This document shows, in pieces, positions 17,740 through 28,003 of a stretch of DNA of 64,000 nt. This stretch comes from Hyphomicrobiales bacterium (lineage in GTDB: Bacteria > Pseudomonadota > Alphaproteobacteria > Rhizobiales > Xanthobacteraceae): positions 5,617 through 69,616 of the forward strand of contig JBGMOD010000018.1 of NCBI GenBank assembly GCA_041424235.1, written 5' to 3'. The translations under genes were made by a program, and so were the position numbers. The notes beneath the pieces were generated by a model. It saw only the letters and a program-made list of their open reading frames with translations, searched no databases and was not told where the DNA came from. Positions within the stretch are counted from its first letter, which is position 1. Each line of letters starts with the position of its first letter.

Positions 17740-18543
17740 TCAATCAGCCCGGGCGATCGATTTGCCGTTCCAGGCCAGCGCGATGTTCCTGGCGGCGCGG
17801 AGCAGCATCGGGACGAGTTCGCTAATCCGTTCATCGGAGAGCCGCGCCAGAGGGGCGGCGACGCTCATCGTTCCAAGCAGCGTATCGCCCGCGAGCACGG
17901 GAACGGCCACGGCTCCGACACCGGCTTCGGCCTCTTCGCGCGCGAGACCAAACCCGCGTTCCGCAGTGCGATCAAGCTCATCCTCGAGGGCGCGAACCTG
18001 CATGATGCGTCCGGGTCCGCCGAGCTGTGAATTTCCAAGGCCATTGTCGAGCGCGATCTTGATGGCTTGTTCGCGCGGCAGGCTGGCCAGCCAGACTTTT
18101 CCGTTGGCGGTCGCGAACGGCAGGATCTTCTCGCCGATGTCGGGTTCATAGACGAGCCCCGCCCGGCGGCCTCTCGCGGATCCGATCCAGACAAGCGATC
18201 CGTTTTGAACAGCGGTCAGGCGGACCAACTCCCTGGTCCGGTTTGCCAGGTCGTCGAGGATCGGCTGCTTGAGGTCGCTCAGCGATCGATTCGCCAGAAA
18301 ACGCTGGCCGAGGATCGCCAACTGGAGCGTGAGGCCGTAACATTCGTTCCCCTGGTTCTGCTCGACCCATCCCGCATCGAGCAAAGCCGTGAGGGTGCGA
18401 TGCGCGGCGCTCTTGGGCATCCCAAGCTGCTGCGCCAGATCGGACAGGCGCATCGGCTCCTCGGCAAGCGCAAGAATCTCGATCACGGCCAGCGTCCGCT
18501 CGCTCGCACCGCCCGAGTGGGGCAAGGGAACTGTAAGGCTCAT
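17740..18543 (-). CDS. IclR family regulator
   Basis: RTLAVIEILA..LSDLAQQLGMPKSAAHR, ATANGKVWLA. Confidence 0.9.
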   Translation of the reverse strand: MSLTVPLPHSGGASERTLAVIEILALAEEPMRLSDLAQQLGMPKSAAHRTLTALLDAGWVEQNQGNECYGLTLQLAILGQRFLANRSLSDLKQPILDDLANRTRELVRLTAVQNGSLVWIGSARGRRAGLVYEPDIGEKILPFATANGKVWLASLPREQAIKIALDNGLGNSQLGGPGRIMQVRALEDELDRTAERGFGLAREEAEAGVGAVAVPVLAGDTLLGTMSVAAPLARLSDERISELVPMLLRAARNIALAWNGKSIARAD

Positions 18544-18614
18544 CCGTGGGTCTCTTTCATTCGCATCACCAGACGATCCGCAGCTGTGCGACTCGAGGAA
18601 GCAGCCGAAACTCG

Positions 18615-19400
18615 TTATCCACGATGCAGCACGCCGCGAGACAGGAAGATTCGCGTGATGTCCTCAGTTTTCGCCAGGAATTCGGGGTGACTTCTGGCGC
18701 CAAGGCCACGCGGACGGGGCATGTCGATCTCCATGACCCGTTCGATGCGGCCGGGACGGGGCGTCATGACGATGACCCGGTCGGCCAGAAGCACCGCTTC
18801 GTCGATCGAGTGGGTAATGAAGACGATCGTCATCCGGTTCTTCAGCCAAAGCGCCTCCAGGTCGATGCGCATCTGCTCGCGCGTCAGGGCATCGAGAGCG
18901 CCGAACGGTTCATCCATCAGGAGCAGCTTCGGCTCGAGCAGAAGGGCCCGTGCGATCGACGCGCGTTGTTTCATGCCGCCTGACAATTCGTGCGGATAGC
19001 TTTTGGCGAAATCCTTGAGACCAACGCTCTCGAGCAATTCCAGGGCCTTCGGCAACAGCTTCGCGCGGCTCTGGTTGGTCATGTCAGCGGGAAACAGGAC
19101 ATTGTCCAGGATGGTCCGCCAGGCCAACAGGACGTGGTTCTGAAACACGATGCTCATGCCGGGGGGAGGCTCGTCCGAGAGGTCACCGAAGACGGCGATG
19201 TGCCCCGAACTCGGGCTCGCCAATCGGGCGATCAACCGCATCATCGTCGACTTGCCGCAGCCGGAAGGACCGACGACGGCGACGAACTCTCCGTCTCCTA
19301 TCTTCAGATCGACGCGCTCCAGCGCGACAACCGATCCGCTGAACGTCTTGGTGACACCGTCGAGCTCGACCCCCGGGGCGTCTAAGGCACTCACGGACAT
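18615..19400 (-). CDS. NitT/TauT family ABC ATP-binding protein
   Basis: GPSGCGKST, LSGGMKQR, LLMDEPFGALD, FITHS. Confidence 0.95.
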   Translation of the reverse strand: MSVSALDAPGVELDGVTKTFSGSVVALERVDLKIGDGEFVAVVGPSGCGKSTMMRLIARLASPSSGHIAVFGDLSDEPPPGMSIVFQNHVLLAWRTILDNVLFPADMTNQSRAKLLPKALELLESVGLKDFAKSYPHELSGGMKQRASIARALLLEPKLLLMDEPFGALDALTREQMRIDLEALWLKNRMTIVFITHSIDEAVLLADRVIVMTPRPGRIERVMEIDMPRPRGLGARSHPEFLAKTEDITRIFLSRGVLHRG

Positions 19401-19457
19401 GACACTTCTTCTCCCTGATCGCGCGTCTGCCAGGATTCTTTCAGAAAAAGGCTTGAC

Positions 19458-19487
19458 GGAACGTTGTTCTAAATGGAACATCGTTCT
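19458..19487. promoter_or_regulatory. Tandem imperfect palindromes, probable IclR operators
   Basis: GGAACGTTGTTCT and GGAACATCGTTCT next to TTGACG, between divergent operons. Confidence 0.5.
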
Positions 19488-19545
19488 GAAATTACGTCAA
19501 GGCCTGATTTTGCCGGCCTGAAACGGACAAGCGGGAGGGAACAAG

Positions 19546-20349
19546 ATGGGCCGCACACTCTGGAGCACTGTCAGGCGCCAGGGAAACACCGTGGCCAGCC
19601 TGGTGGGTGCGGTGATTTTCTGGGAAATCGCGGTGCGTGTCGCTCACACGCCGGAATACATATTGCCGGCACCGTCCCGGGTTCTGGTCGATATGGTGAG
19701 CAACGCATCGGTTCTGGCGCAGGCGAGTTTTTTCACCCTGCAGCCGATGGTCGTGGGTTTCCTGATGGCGGTTGTGCTTGGCGTGCTGCTGGCCCTGCTC
19801 GTCGTCTATTCGCGCGCCTTTGAAGCGATCTTCTTTCCGCTGCTGGTCGTCCTGCAGATCATTCCGAAAATCGCGGTGGCTCCGCTGTTTCTCACCTGGG
19901 TCGGGTATGGCCTGCTTCCCAAAGTGCTGCTGGTCTTCCTGCTCTCGTTCTTTCCGATCGTCGTCAACTCGATCGTCGCTTTCAAGTCCGTCGACACGGA
20001 TCTTTATGACCTTGCGAAAAGCTATCGCGCCAGCCGCCTGAAGATCTTCTGGCAAGTCGAATTGCCCGGCGCCCTGCCTTCGCTGTTCGCGGGCTTCAAG
20101 GTTGCCGCGGCGCTGTCTGCCACCGCTGCGGTCGTCGCGGAGTTCGTCGCTTCCGACAGGGGGCTTGGCTACCAGCTGCTCGGCTACAACGGCAACTTCA
20201 ACACCAGCATGACGTTTGCCGTCATTATTGTGCTCAGCCTGCTGGGCCTGATGCTCTACGGCGTCGTCGAGCTGGTCGAGCGCTGGGCCATTCCCTGGCA
20301 CGTGTCGCAGCGCCGCGACGACTTCATCGTGGGCCGCAGCCCCACGTGA
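19546..20349 (+). CDS. NitT/TauT family ABC permease
   Basis: ILPAPS, IPKIAVAPLF, EAA-like loop, VVAEFV. Confidence 0.9.
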   Translation: MGRTLWSTVRRQGNTVASLVGAVIFWEIAVRVAHTPEYILPAPSRVLVDMVSNASVLAQASFFTLQPMVVGFLMAVVLGVLLALLVVYSRAFEAIFFPLLVVLQIIPKIAVAPLFLTWVGYGLLPKVLLVFLLSFFPIVVNSIVAFKSVDTDLYDLAKSYRASRLKIFWQVELPGALPSLFAGFKVAAALSATAAVVAEFVASDRGLGYQLLGYNGNFNTSMTFAVIIVLSLLGLMLYGVVELVERWAIPWHVSQRRDDFIVGRSPT

Positions 20350-20417
20350 CGCCCTGCTTGATCTTCCGGACACGCAAACGCGCACGCCCGGCAAAAAATA
20401 AACACGAGGGAGGTCCC

Positions 20418-21401
20418 ATGTTCGTCATCAGATCTGCGATCGCGGCCGCGATCGTTTCCACGGCCGTCGCCGCGATGTCGGTGCCGGCCTGCGCCGCGGA
20501 TGCGGTCAGCCTCCGGCTCAATTGGCTGCTCAGCGGTGTGCACGCGATCTTCTATCTCGGGGTGGACAAGGGCTTCTACAAGGAGAACGGCATCGAGTTG
20601 TCGATCGGCGAGGGGCAGGGCTCCGCGCGTACCGTCCAGGTAGTGGCGACGGGAAGCGACACGTTCGGACTGGTCGATGGCGGCAGCGTCATCGCCGGTG
20701 CCGCGCGCGGCGCGCCGGTGAAGGCGGTGCTCGGCATCATGAACACCTCGCCGTACGGCATCTCCTTTCGGGCCGACGCGGGCGTGACCACGATCGCGGA
20801 TGCCGCCGGCAAATCCATTGCGGCCACGGCGGGCGAGGCGACGCTGGCGCTGCTTCCCGCGGTGTGGAAGGCCAACAATGTCGACGCCTCGAAGGTCAGG
20901 GTCCTCAATGTAGACGGCCCGGGAAAACTCGTTGCGGTGCTGGAGAAGCGCACGGACGGTCTGCTGGCCGGCCTCGAGGGCCAGGTCATCATCCTCGATC
21001 AAAAGGGGCTGAAGCAGAAGGTGTTCTCGCTGGCCGAACTCGGCGTCAACACCGTAGGGCTGACGATTGTTGCCAGCAGCAAGACCATCGACGGCAATCC
21101 GGATCTGGTCAAACGCTTCGTGCGCGCAACCATCAAGTCGCTCGAAGCTGCCAAGGCCGATCCCGCCGCGGCCGTCGCCGCTGCACTCAAGGCCAAGCCC
21201 GAGGCGGACAAGGCCTTGCTTGCCGCGCAGCTCGCTGTCTCGCTGACACTTGTTCCATCGCCCTCGACTCCTGCCGCGCCAACCGGCGAGATGGCCGCGG
21301 CCGACTGGGCGCGGACGCTCGATCTGATGAAGACCTATCAGGACGTCAAGACGGATCTCCCCGCCGGCACCTTCTTCACCAACGCATTTATCGCGAACTG
21401 A
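20418..21401 (+). CDS. ABC substrate-binding protein (NMT1/THI5-like)
   Basis: Signal peptide; LRLNW..HAIFYLGVDKGFYKENGI. Confidence 0.9.
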   Translation: MFVIRSAIAAAIVSTAVAAMSVPACAADAVSLRLNWLLSGVHAIFYLGVDKGFYKENGIELSIGEGQGSARTVQVVATGSDTFGLVDGGSVIAGAARGAPVKAVLGIMNTSPYGISFRADAGVTTIADAAGKSIAATAGEATLALLPAVWKANNVDASKVRVLNVDGPGKLVAVLEKRTDGLLAGLEGQVIILDQKGLKQKVFSLAELGVNTVGLTIVASSKTIDGNPDLVKRFVRATIKSLEAAKADPAAAVAAALKAKPEADKALLAAQLAVSLTLVPSPSTPAAPTGEMAAADWARTLDLMKTYQDVKTDLPAGTFFTNAFIAN

Positions 21402-21441
21402 CGCGGGGCCATCGTCCCGCTCTCCGATCAGGCCCCGCTCC

Positions 21442-22194
21442 ATGACCGCTCAGTACGACCTCACCGGCAAAATTGCGATCGTCACCGGCGCCGCAGGCGG
21501 CTTCGGGACCGCGATCGTCGCGCGGCTCAAGGCGGCAGGCGCCGTGCCGGTGCTGTGGGATCTCGCGCCGGCGCTGGCCCGCTTGGCCGCAGACCCGGCA
21601 TGCGCCACCCATGCCGTCGACATCACGGACGAAGACAATGTCGCCGCCGCGGCGGCTGCGGTCGAACGACAGTTCGGGCGTGTGGATATTCTCGTCAACA
21701 ACGCCGGCATCGTCGCCGATGTCATGCCGACATGGGAGATGCCGCCTGCATTGTTTCGGCGCATGCTTGATGTGAACTTGACCGGCGCATTCCTGACCTG
21801 TCGCGCGCTGATCCCCCTGATGATCCGCACCGCGGGGTCCTCCCGGGCCGGACGCATCGTCTCGATTGCGTCCATCCAGGCGAAGGAGGGAATGCACGGC
21901 GCCGCGGCTTATTCCGCCGCCAAGGCCGGCCTCGTGGCGTTGACCAAGGCGCTTGGCAAGGAACTTGCCGACAAGAATGTGCTGGCAAACGTCATTACGC
22001 CCGCCGCGTCGCTGACGGCCATGAGCGTCGATGCACCGAAGCAGCGTCTGGCGGACATTCTGTCGCGCATTCCCATGGGGCGGTTCCTGGACGCGGACGA
22101 GGTCGCGGCGATGGTGCTGTGGCTGAGTTCGCCCGAGTGCAGTTTCTCGACCGGAGCGGTTTTCGATCTCTCCGGCGGTCGCGCAACCTATTGA
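21442..22194 (+). CDS. SDR oxidoreductase
   Basis: TGAAGGFG, NNAG, YSAAK, FDLSGGRATY. Confidence 0.9.
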   Translation: MTAQYDLTGKIAIVTGAAGGFGTAIVARLKAAGAVPVLWDLAPALARLAADPACATHAVDITDEDNVAAAAAAVERQFGRVDILVNNAGIVADVMPTWEMPPALFRRMLDVNLTGAFLTCRALIPLMIRTAGSSRAGRIVSIASIQAKEGMHGAAAYSAAKAGLVALTKALGKELADKNVLANVITPAASLTAMSVDAPKQRLADILSRIPMGRFLDADEVAAMVLWLSSPECSFSTGAVFDLSGGRATY

Positions 22195-22203
22195 GGACGA
22201 ACG

Positions 22204-23031
22204 ATGAGACCGCTGCAACACACCGTGCAAACCGCGGGTTCGGTGTCGTCGATTGCCGAGGCGCTTGCCGAAGCACGCCGAACCGGCCGTCTTCTCGACG
22301 ACATGGCGTTATCGTCGATTGCCGCCTCAAGCGATGGCTATGCGGTTCAGGCCGAGGTCGCTGTTCTGGCCGGAGCCGACATCGCCGGCTGGAAAATCGC
22401 CTTGCCGCCGGATGGCGAGGTGATCGCCGCGCCGATTTTTGCCGATGGCGTTTCTGTTTCACGCAAACCCCTGCCGGAGCGGGCGTGTTTCAAGGATGGC
22501 GTGGAGTGCGAGATCGCGTTTCGGATCGACCGCGCGTTGTCCATGAGGCCGCCCGAGGGCTACGGCGTCGCAGACGTTGTCCCCGCGATCGGCGGCGCCA
22601 TGGCTGCGTTCGAGCTGTTGTCCTCGCGACTGGCCAACGGTTTTGCGTCATCACGGCCGCGGCTGCTGGCTGACAATCTCGGCAATGGCGGAGCCGTGCT
22701 GGGCGAGCTGCGCCCCGATTGGCGCGAGCTCGATTTCGAGCGGATCGGCGTCACGCTCCGCGTCGATGGTGTGCCGGTTGTCTCGCAACGCGGCGGCAAT
22801 TCCGTGGGTGATCCGCTGCGGGCGGTAGCGGCACTCGCCAATCATCTGGCGGAGCGTGGCTCAGGTTTCATTCCCGGCATGATTGTGCTGACCGGAGCCT
22901 ATACCGGGGTTCATCGGGTCCGCGCAGATCAAACAATTTGCGCCGCCTTCGCGGGATTGGCGCCTGTCGAGGTGACCTTGCGTCGCGCGCGACCAACTCA
23001 AGAGATGGAGAAGACGCATGCTGGCGGGTGA
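22204..23031 (+). CDS. FAH-superfamily 2-keto-acid hydratase/decarboxylase-like protein
   Basis: GWKIA, VECEIAF, ADNLGNG, LANHL, VLTGAYTG. Confidence 0.8.
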   Translation: MRPLQHTVQTAGSVSSIAEALAEARRTGRLLDDMALSSIAASSDGYAVQAEVAVLAGADIAGWKIALPPDGEVIAAPIFADGVSVSRKPLPERACFKDGVECEIAFRIDRALSMRPPEGYGVADVVPAIGGAMAAFELLSSRLANGFASSRPRLLADNLGNGGAVLGELRPDWRELDFERIGVTLRVDGVPVVSQRGGNSVGDPLRAVAALANHLAERGSGFIPGMIVLTGAYTGVHRVRADQTICAAFAGLAPVEVTLRRARPTQEMEKTHAGG

Positions 23032-23692
23032 AGGCGCGGTCGCGATCTGGAACGGCATCACTGATGCGGGGCGAGCGGAGTTCTACGCCTGGCATCTGCA
23101 CGAGCATATGCCGGAGCGGGTCGGCATTCCCGGTTTCCTGCGCGGGCGCCGTTATCGCGCGGCCGATACCGACACCCATCCGGAGTTTTTCACGCTTTAC
23201 GAAACCCAGACCTTCGAGGTGACGCAAGGGAGCGATTATCTCAACCGGCTGAATGCGCCGACACCCTGGACCAAATCCGCGACGTCTCACTTCCTGACGA
23301 CATCCCGCGCATTGACCCGGGTTCTGGCGAGCCACGGCGTTGGATCGGGTGGGGCGCTGCTGACGCTGCGTTTCGATCTGCCGGACCACATGGCAGGGCA
23401 GAAGGCGCAACTGGATGCGCTGCTCGCGGAGGTGTCCGGCACGGCAGAAATCACCGGCGCGCACCTGCTGGAAGCGGACGACCAGGCCTCCGGCACCAAG
23501 ACCGCTGAAAGCCGCGACCGCAAGGATATCGAAGCGCCGCCGCGCTGGATCATTCTGATCGAAGCCTGCTCGGCGGCGGCCCTGGAGCCGGCTTTGACCT
23601 TGCTCAGGCGCCATCCGGCGCTGACGACGGCGAACACCGGTCGCTACCTCCACGAATTTACCCGCCTGAAGACCGCCTGGGCGGCAGGCTGA
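23018..23692 (+). CDS. DUF4286/EthD-like dimeric barrel protein
   Basis: FYAWHLHEHMPERVGIPGFLRGRRY. Confidence 0.7.
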   Translation: MLAGEGAVAIWNGITDAGRAEFYAWHLHEHMPERVGIPGFLRGRRYRAADTDTHPEFFTLYETQTFEVTQGSDYLNRLNAPTPWTKSATSHFLTTSRALTRVLASHGVGSGGALLTLRFDLPDHMAGQKAQLDALLAEVSGTAEITGAHLLEADDQASGTKTAESRDRKDIEAPPRWIILIEACSAAALEPALTLLRRHPALTTANTGRYLHEFTRLKTAWAAG

Positions 23693-23717
23693 ACCCACCG
23701 GAAAGGAATGCCTTCAC

Positions 23718-24563
23718 ATGAAATTCGTTCGCTACGGCCAGCTCGGCCAGGAAAAGCCAGGTCTCATCGATCGCGCGGGACATCTGCGCGATCTGTCCGG
23801 CCACATTCCCGATCTGTCGGGCGACCAGCTCTCACGCCGCAACATCGAAAAGCTGCGGCAACTGCGCACCGACGACTTGAAGCTGGTTGAAGGCAAGCCG
23901 CGACTCGGACCACCGGTCGCAGGTGTCGGTCATTTCATCGCTGTCGGTCTCAACTATGTCGACCACGCCCATGAGACGAATTCGCCGATCCCGGACGAGC
24001 CCATTCTGTTCAACAAGGCGACGTCGTCGATCGTCGGGCCCAACGATGACGTGATCTTGCCGCGGGGCTCGACCAAGACCGACTGGGAGGTCGAACTTGC
24101 GATCGTGATCGGCGAGGGCGGTTACGATATCGCCGAGCGGGCCGCGTTCGACCACATCGCGGGCTATTGTGTCTGCAACGACGTCTCCGAGCGTGCCTAC
24201 CAGACCGAGCGCGGAGGCCAGTGGATGAAGGGCAAGTCCTCGCCAACCTTCGGGCCGCTTGGGCCGTGGCTTGTGACGCCGGAGGAGATCGAGAATGTTC
24301 AGGCCCTCGACCTGTTCCTCGATGTCAACGGTGAGCGTCGGCAAACCGGCAATACCCGGACCATGATTTTCGGAGTCACGTTCCTGGTGTCATACATTTC
24401 GCGCTTCATGGCGCTCAATCCGGGTGACGTGATCACCACCGGAACGCCTCCGGGTGTCGGGCTCGGGATGAAGCCGCCCACCTTCCTGAAGAACGGCGAC
24501 GTCGTCACGCTCGGGATCGCGGGCCTCGGCACCCAGACACAGGCCGTGGTGACGCGCGCGTAA
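23718..24563 (+). CDS. Fumarylacetoacetate hydrolase family protein
   Basis: GLNYVDHA, DWEVEL, NDVSER, GQWMKGKS, TGTPPGVG. Confidence 0.9.
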   Translation: MKFVRYGQLGQEKPGLIDRAGHLRDLSGHIPDLSGDQLSRRNIEKLRQLRTDDLKLVEGKPRLGPPVAGVGHFIAVGLNYVDHAHETNSPIPDEPILFNKATSSIVGPNDDVILPRGSTKTDWEVELAIVIGEGGYDIAERAAFDHIAGYCVCNDVSERAYQTERGGQWMKGKSSPTFGPLGPWLVTPEEIENVQALDLFLDVNGERRQTGNTRTMIFGVTFLVSYISRFMALNPGDVITTGTPPGVGLGMKPPTFLKNGDVVTLGIAGLGTQTQAVVTRA

Positions 24564-24622
24564 CAGGCTGCAGCTGGCGGTGCCGGCCTGCGATGTGCGG
24601 AGCCGGCGTCGCCCTGGGCGCT

Positions 24623-25240
24623 CTACCTCTCCGCGTGCGCCAGCACCTGGCAGATCCGCAGCGCGTCTTCCGCAACCGCCTCAACGCTCTGGGCGTAGCC
24701 GCCCTTGATCCAGGCCTTTGCGATCTGCACCATGGCGCCGACGGCGCCCGCGCGCAGCGTCTGGCTGCTCTTGAGCGTGGCGTTGGCGTCGGGCGCCACC
24801 GTGCGTGACAGCAATTCGCCGAACTCGCGCAGCAGCGCCGCCCACACCTCATCGACGGCGGGGCCGACGCGGGCGATCTCGATCACGAACAGCCGCGCGC
24901 CCGCAGGGTCGTCCTTCAGCATCTGATAATAGGCCCGCAGCACGGCGCGTCCGCAATCCTCCGGCGGGCCGGGGTGTTCGGTGCGGATCTTGTCCAGGCA
25001 GGCGATCACCCGGTGGGAGACCGTGTCGAACGAGGTGACCAGCAGCGCCTCGCTGTTGACGAAGGACTCGTAGAAGTAACGCTCGGTGAGGGCGGCCGCT
25101 TCGCACACCGCCTTCACGGTGGCATTGCGATAGCCGAGCTTGCCATAGACCGAGATCGCCGCCTCGATCAGCCGCTCGCGCCGTGCGAACTGCCGCTCCT
25201 CGGCCGAAACCCCCGCATATTGTCGCGCGCGTACTGCCAT
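24623..25240 (-). CDS. TetR family regulator
   Basis: RRERLIEAA..GYRNATVKAVCEAAALTERYFYESF. Confidence 0.9.
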   Translation of the reverse strand: MAVRARQYAGVSAEERQFARRERLIEAAISVYGKLGYRNATVKAVCEAAALTERYFYESFVNSEALLVTSFDTVSHRVIACLDKIRTEHPGPPEDCGRAVLRAYYQMLKDDPAGARLFVIEIARVGPAVDEVWAALLREFGELLSRTVAPDANATLKSSQTLRAGAVGAMVQIAKAWIKGGYAQSVEAVAEDALRICQVLAHAER

Positions 25241-25303
25241 TCTCTGCCCTTGCTTTCCCTCGTCTTGTCCTGGAACCGCTCATTGTCGGCCCCGAAACAC
25301 TCT

Positions 25304-25354
25304 TGACATACCGCGTTGTCAGATGTTCAATTCTGACAATAGCGCATGTCAGAA
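25304..25354. promoter_or_regulatory. Two TGACA-N8-TGTCA palindromes, probable TetR operators
   Basis: 25304-25321 and 25334-25351; the first overlaps a TTGACA -35 element. Confidence 0.7.
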
Positions 25355-25428
25355 AAAAGTACAGACCGGGCAACGGTCGTTTTCGGGGCAAGGACAACGA
25401 AGGCAAGAACCAAGGAAGGACGCCGTCA

Positions 25429-26997
25429 ATGGTTTCGGTTTCAGCGGATACCGCCGCTCCGTCGCGGGTGGTTAAATTCAAGGCGCGCCCGGTTCCAGCT
25501 CTGGCCGATCAGGCCCATCATGATGTGCTGGTCGTCGGCGCCGGCATTTCCGGCATCGGCGTCGCCTATCACCTGCAGCGCGACTGCCCCAACAAAAGCT
25601 ACGCCATCCTCGAGGCGCGCGACGCCATCGGGGGCACCTGGGATCTGTTTCGTTACCCGGGGATTCGCTCGGATTCCGACATGCACACGCTCGGCTATCG
25701 CTTCCGGCCCTGGCGCGGCGAGAAGTCGATCGCCGACGGGCCGTCGATCCTGAGCTATCTCAACGAGACCGCCGCCGCATACGGCATCGACAAGAAGATT
25801 CACTTCGGCCATCGCGTGAGCCGGGCCTCGTGGTCGTCGGCGGATGCGCGCTGGACCGTGGATGTCACCGGGCCTGACGGCCGCGCGCTGACCCTGACCT
25901 GTAATTTCCTGCAGATGTGCAGCGGCTATTACGATTACGACGGCGGCTACATGCCGGGCTGGCCGGGCATGGAGCGCTTCGGCGGCACCATCGTGCATCC
26001 GCAGAAGTGGCCGGCGACCCTCGACTATGACGGCAAGCGCGTGGTCGTGATCGGCAGCGGCGCCACCGCGGTGACGCTGGTGCCGGCGATGGCCGAGAAG
26101 GCCGCGCATGTCACGATGCTGCAGCGCTCGCCCACCTACATCGTCGCGCGCCCGTCAAAGGACAAGATCGCCAACTGGATGTACGCCAAGCTGCCCGAAG
26201 GCCTGGCGCACGGGCTGGCGCGCTGGAAGAACATCCTGCTGCAGATGTATTTCTACAACGCGGCGCGACGCAAACCCGAAGGCGCCAAGAAGGTCATCAT
26301 CGGGATGGCGAAGGCCGAGCTCGGGCCCGACATCGACGTCGAGAAACACTTCACGCCGCGCTACAATCCGTGGGACCAGCGGCTGTGCCTGGTGCCCGAC
26401 GGCGACCTCTTCAAGTCGATCCGTGCCGGCAAGGCTTCCGTCGCCACCGACGAGATCGAGAGCTTCAACGAGCAGGGGCTCAAGCTGCGCTCCGGCGAGG
26501 AGCTCCCGGCCGATATCATCGTCACCGCCACCGGGCTGAAGATGAAGCTGATGGGCGGCGCGCAGATCGTGGTCGACGGCGTGCCGGCCGACCTGGGCAA
26601 GACGCTGAGCTACAAGGGCATGATGTTCTCAGATGTGCCGAACCTGGCGTCGACCTTCGGCTACACCAACGCGTCGTGGACGCTGAAGGCGGATCTCACC
26701 GCCGAATATCTCTGCCGCATCCTCAACAAGATGGATCGCGAGGGCTATGCCTACTGCACGCCGCACAACAGCGACCCCACCGTCACCGCGGACGCCACGC
26801 CGCCGCTGACCTCCGGCTACTTCCAGCGGGCGCAGGATGTGATGCCCAAGCAGGGCTCCAAGATCCCGTGGAAGCTGCACCAGAACTACGCCAAGGACAT
26901 GCTGGCGCTGCGCTTCGGCACCATCGACGACGGCTCGCTGGTGTTCACCAGGGCCAAGACCGCCGCGCGCACGCAACCGCTGCAGAAGCAGGCGTGA
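25429..26997 (+). CDS. EthA/AlmA-like flavin (Baeyer-Villiger) monooxygenase
   Basis: GAGISG, GGTWDLFRYPGIRSDSD, FGGTIVHPQKW, GSGATA, PWDQRLC. Confidence 0.9.
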   Translation: MVSVSADTAAPSRVVKFKARPVPALADQAHHDVLVVGAGISGIGVAYHLQRDCPNKSYAILEARDAIGGTWDLFRYPGIRSDSDMHTLGYRFRPWRGEKSIADGPSILSYLNETAAAYGIDKKIHFGHRVSRASWSSADARWTVDVTGPDGRALTLTCNFLQMCSGYYDYDGGYMPGWPGMERFGGTIVHPQKWPATLDYDGKRVVVIGSGATAVTLVPAMAEKAAHVTMLQRSPTYIVARPSKDKIANWMYAKLPEGLAHGLARWKNILLQMYFYNAARRKPEGAKKVIIGMAKAELGPDIDVEKHFTPRYNPWDQRLCLVPDGDLFKSIRAGKASVATDEIESFNEQGLKLRSGEELPADIIVTATGLKMKLMGGAQIVVDGVPADLGKTLSYKGMMFSDVPNLASTFGYTNASWTLKADLTAEYLCRILNKMDREGYAYCTPHNSDPTVTADATPPLTSGYFQRAQDVMPKQGSKIPWKLHQNYAKDMLALRFGTIDDGSLVFTRAKTAARTQPLQKQA

Positions 26998-27022
26998 GTG
27001 TGGTGCGGGCCCACACACTCGG

Positions 27023-27139
27023 CGTCATGCCCGCACTTGGTGCGGGCATCCACGTCTTCACGGCCTGACAACAAGAAAGACGTGGATGTCACAGCGACTT
27101 GGCTACGCCAAGTCGCAGGGGACAAGCCCGGCCATGACG
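27023..27139. repeat. REP-like element family B with nested hairpin
   Basis: cgtcatgcccg..atccacgtctt / aagacgtggat..ggacaagcccggccatgacg; insert at 27094-27116. Confidence 0.85.
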
Positions 27140-27178
27140 AATGGAAATGCCAACATTCCTAATCAAGAGCGCACAAAC

Positions 27179-28003
27179 ATGTCCAACCGCATGACCCTTG
27201 CCAATCGCACCGCCCTCATCACCGGCGCCGGCAGCGGCATCGGGCGTGGGATCGCGCTGGCGCTGGCGAAGCGGCAGTGTCATCTGGCGCTGGCCGATAT
27301 CAACGAGGCGGGGCTCACCGAGACGGCGCAGATGGTGAGCGGGCAGGGGGTGCGCGTCAGCCGCCACAAGCTCGACGTCGCCGATCGCGAGGCGGTGGCC
27401 GCGCTGCCGCAGGCGGTCACTGCGCAACATCCCGGCGTCGACCTGCTGTTCAACAATGCCGGCGTCGCCATCAGCGGCACCTTCGACCGGGTCACCGAAG
27501 AGAACTTCGAGTGGCTGTTCGAGATCAATTTCTGGGCGGTGGTGCGGATGACGCGGGCGTTCATGCCGCTGCTGAAAGCCAGCAGCGATGCGCGCCTGAT
27601 CAATGTCTCCAGCATCTACGGCATCGTCTCGCCGCCGGGGCAGGCTGCGTATTCCGCCAGCAAGTTTGCGGTGCGCGGGTTCTCCAATGCCTTGCGCCAC
27701 GAACTGGCCGGCAGCAATGTGGGCGTCACCGTTGTCCATCCGGGCGGCATCGCCACCCAGATCGCGGAGAATGCCCGCCGCCCCGAGGGCGCCACCAACG
27801 AAGAGGTGGAGCAGGGGCTGGAGCGCGCACGGCGGATGCTGACCATGCCGCCGCCGAAAGCAGGCGAGATCATCGTCGACGCGGTCGAGCGCCGCGCGGC
27901 CCGCGTGCTGGTCGGCAACGACGCCAAGTTCATCGCGCTGCTGGAGCGGCTGGCTCCGGTGTCGTACTGGAAGTTCATCGAAAAGGTGCTGGTGCGCTCA
28001 TGA
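27179..28003 (+). CDS. SDR oxidoreductase
   Basis: TGAGSGIG, NNAG, YSASK. Confidence 0.9.
   Translation: MSNRMTLANRTALITGAGSGIGRGIALALAKRQCHLALADINEAGLTETAQMVSGQGVRVSRHKLDVADREAVAALPQAVTAQHPGVDLLFNNAGVAISGTFDRVTEENFEWLFEINFWAVVRMTRAFMPLLKASSDARLINVSSIYGIVSPPGQAAYSASKFAVRGFSNALRHELAGSNVGVTVVHPGGIATQIAENARRPEGATNEEVEQGLERARRMLTMPPPKAGEIIVDAVERRAARVLVGNDAKFIALLERLAPVSYWKFIEKVLVRS

Noticed and set aside
19458-19487. GAAC/GTTC repeats as a LexA box
   Set aside because: GTTC spacing is N13, not N7; better explained as local IclR palindromes.
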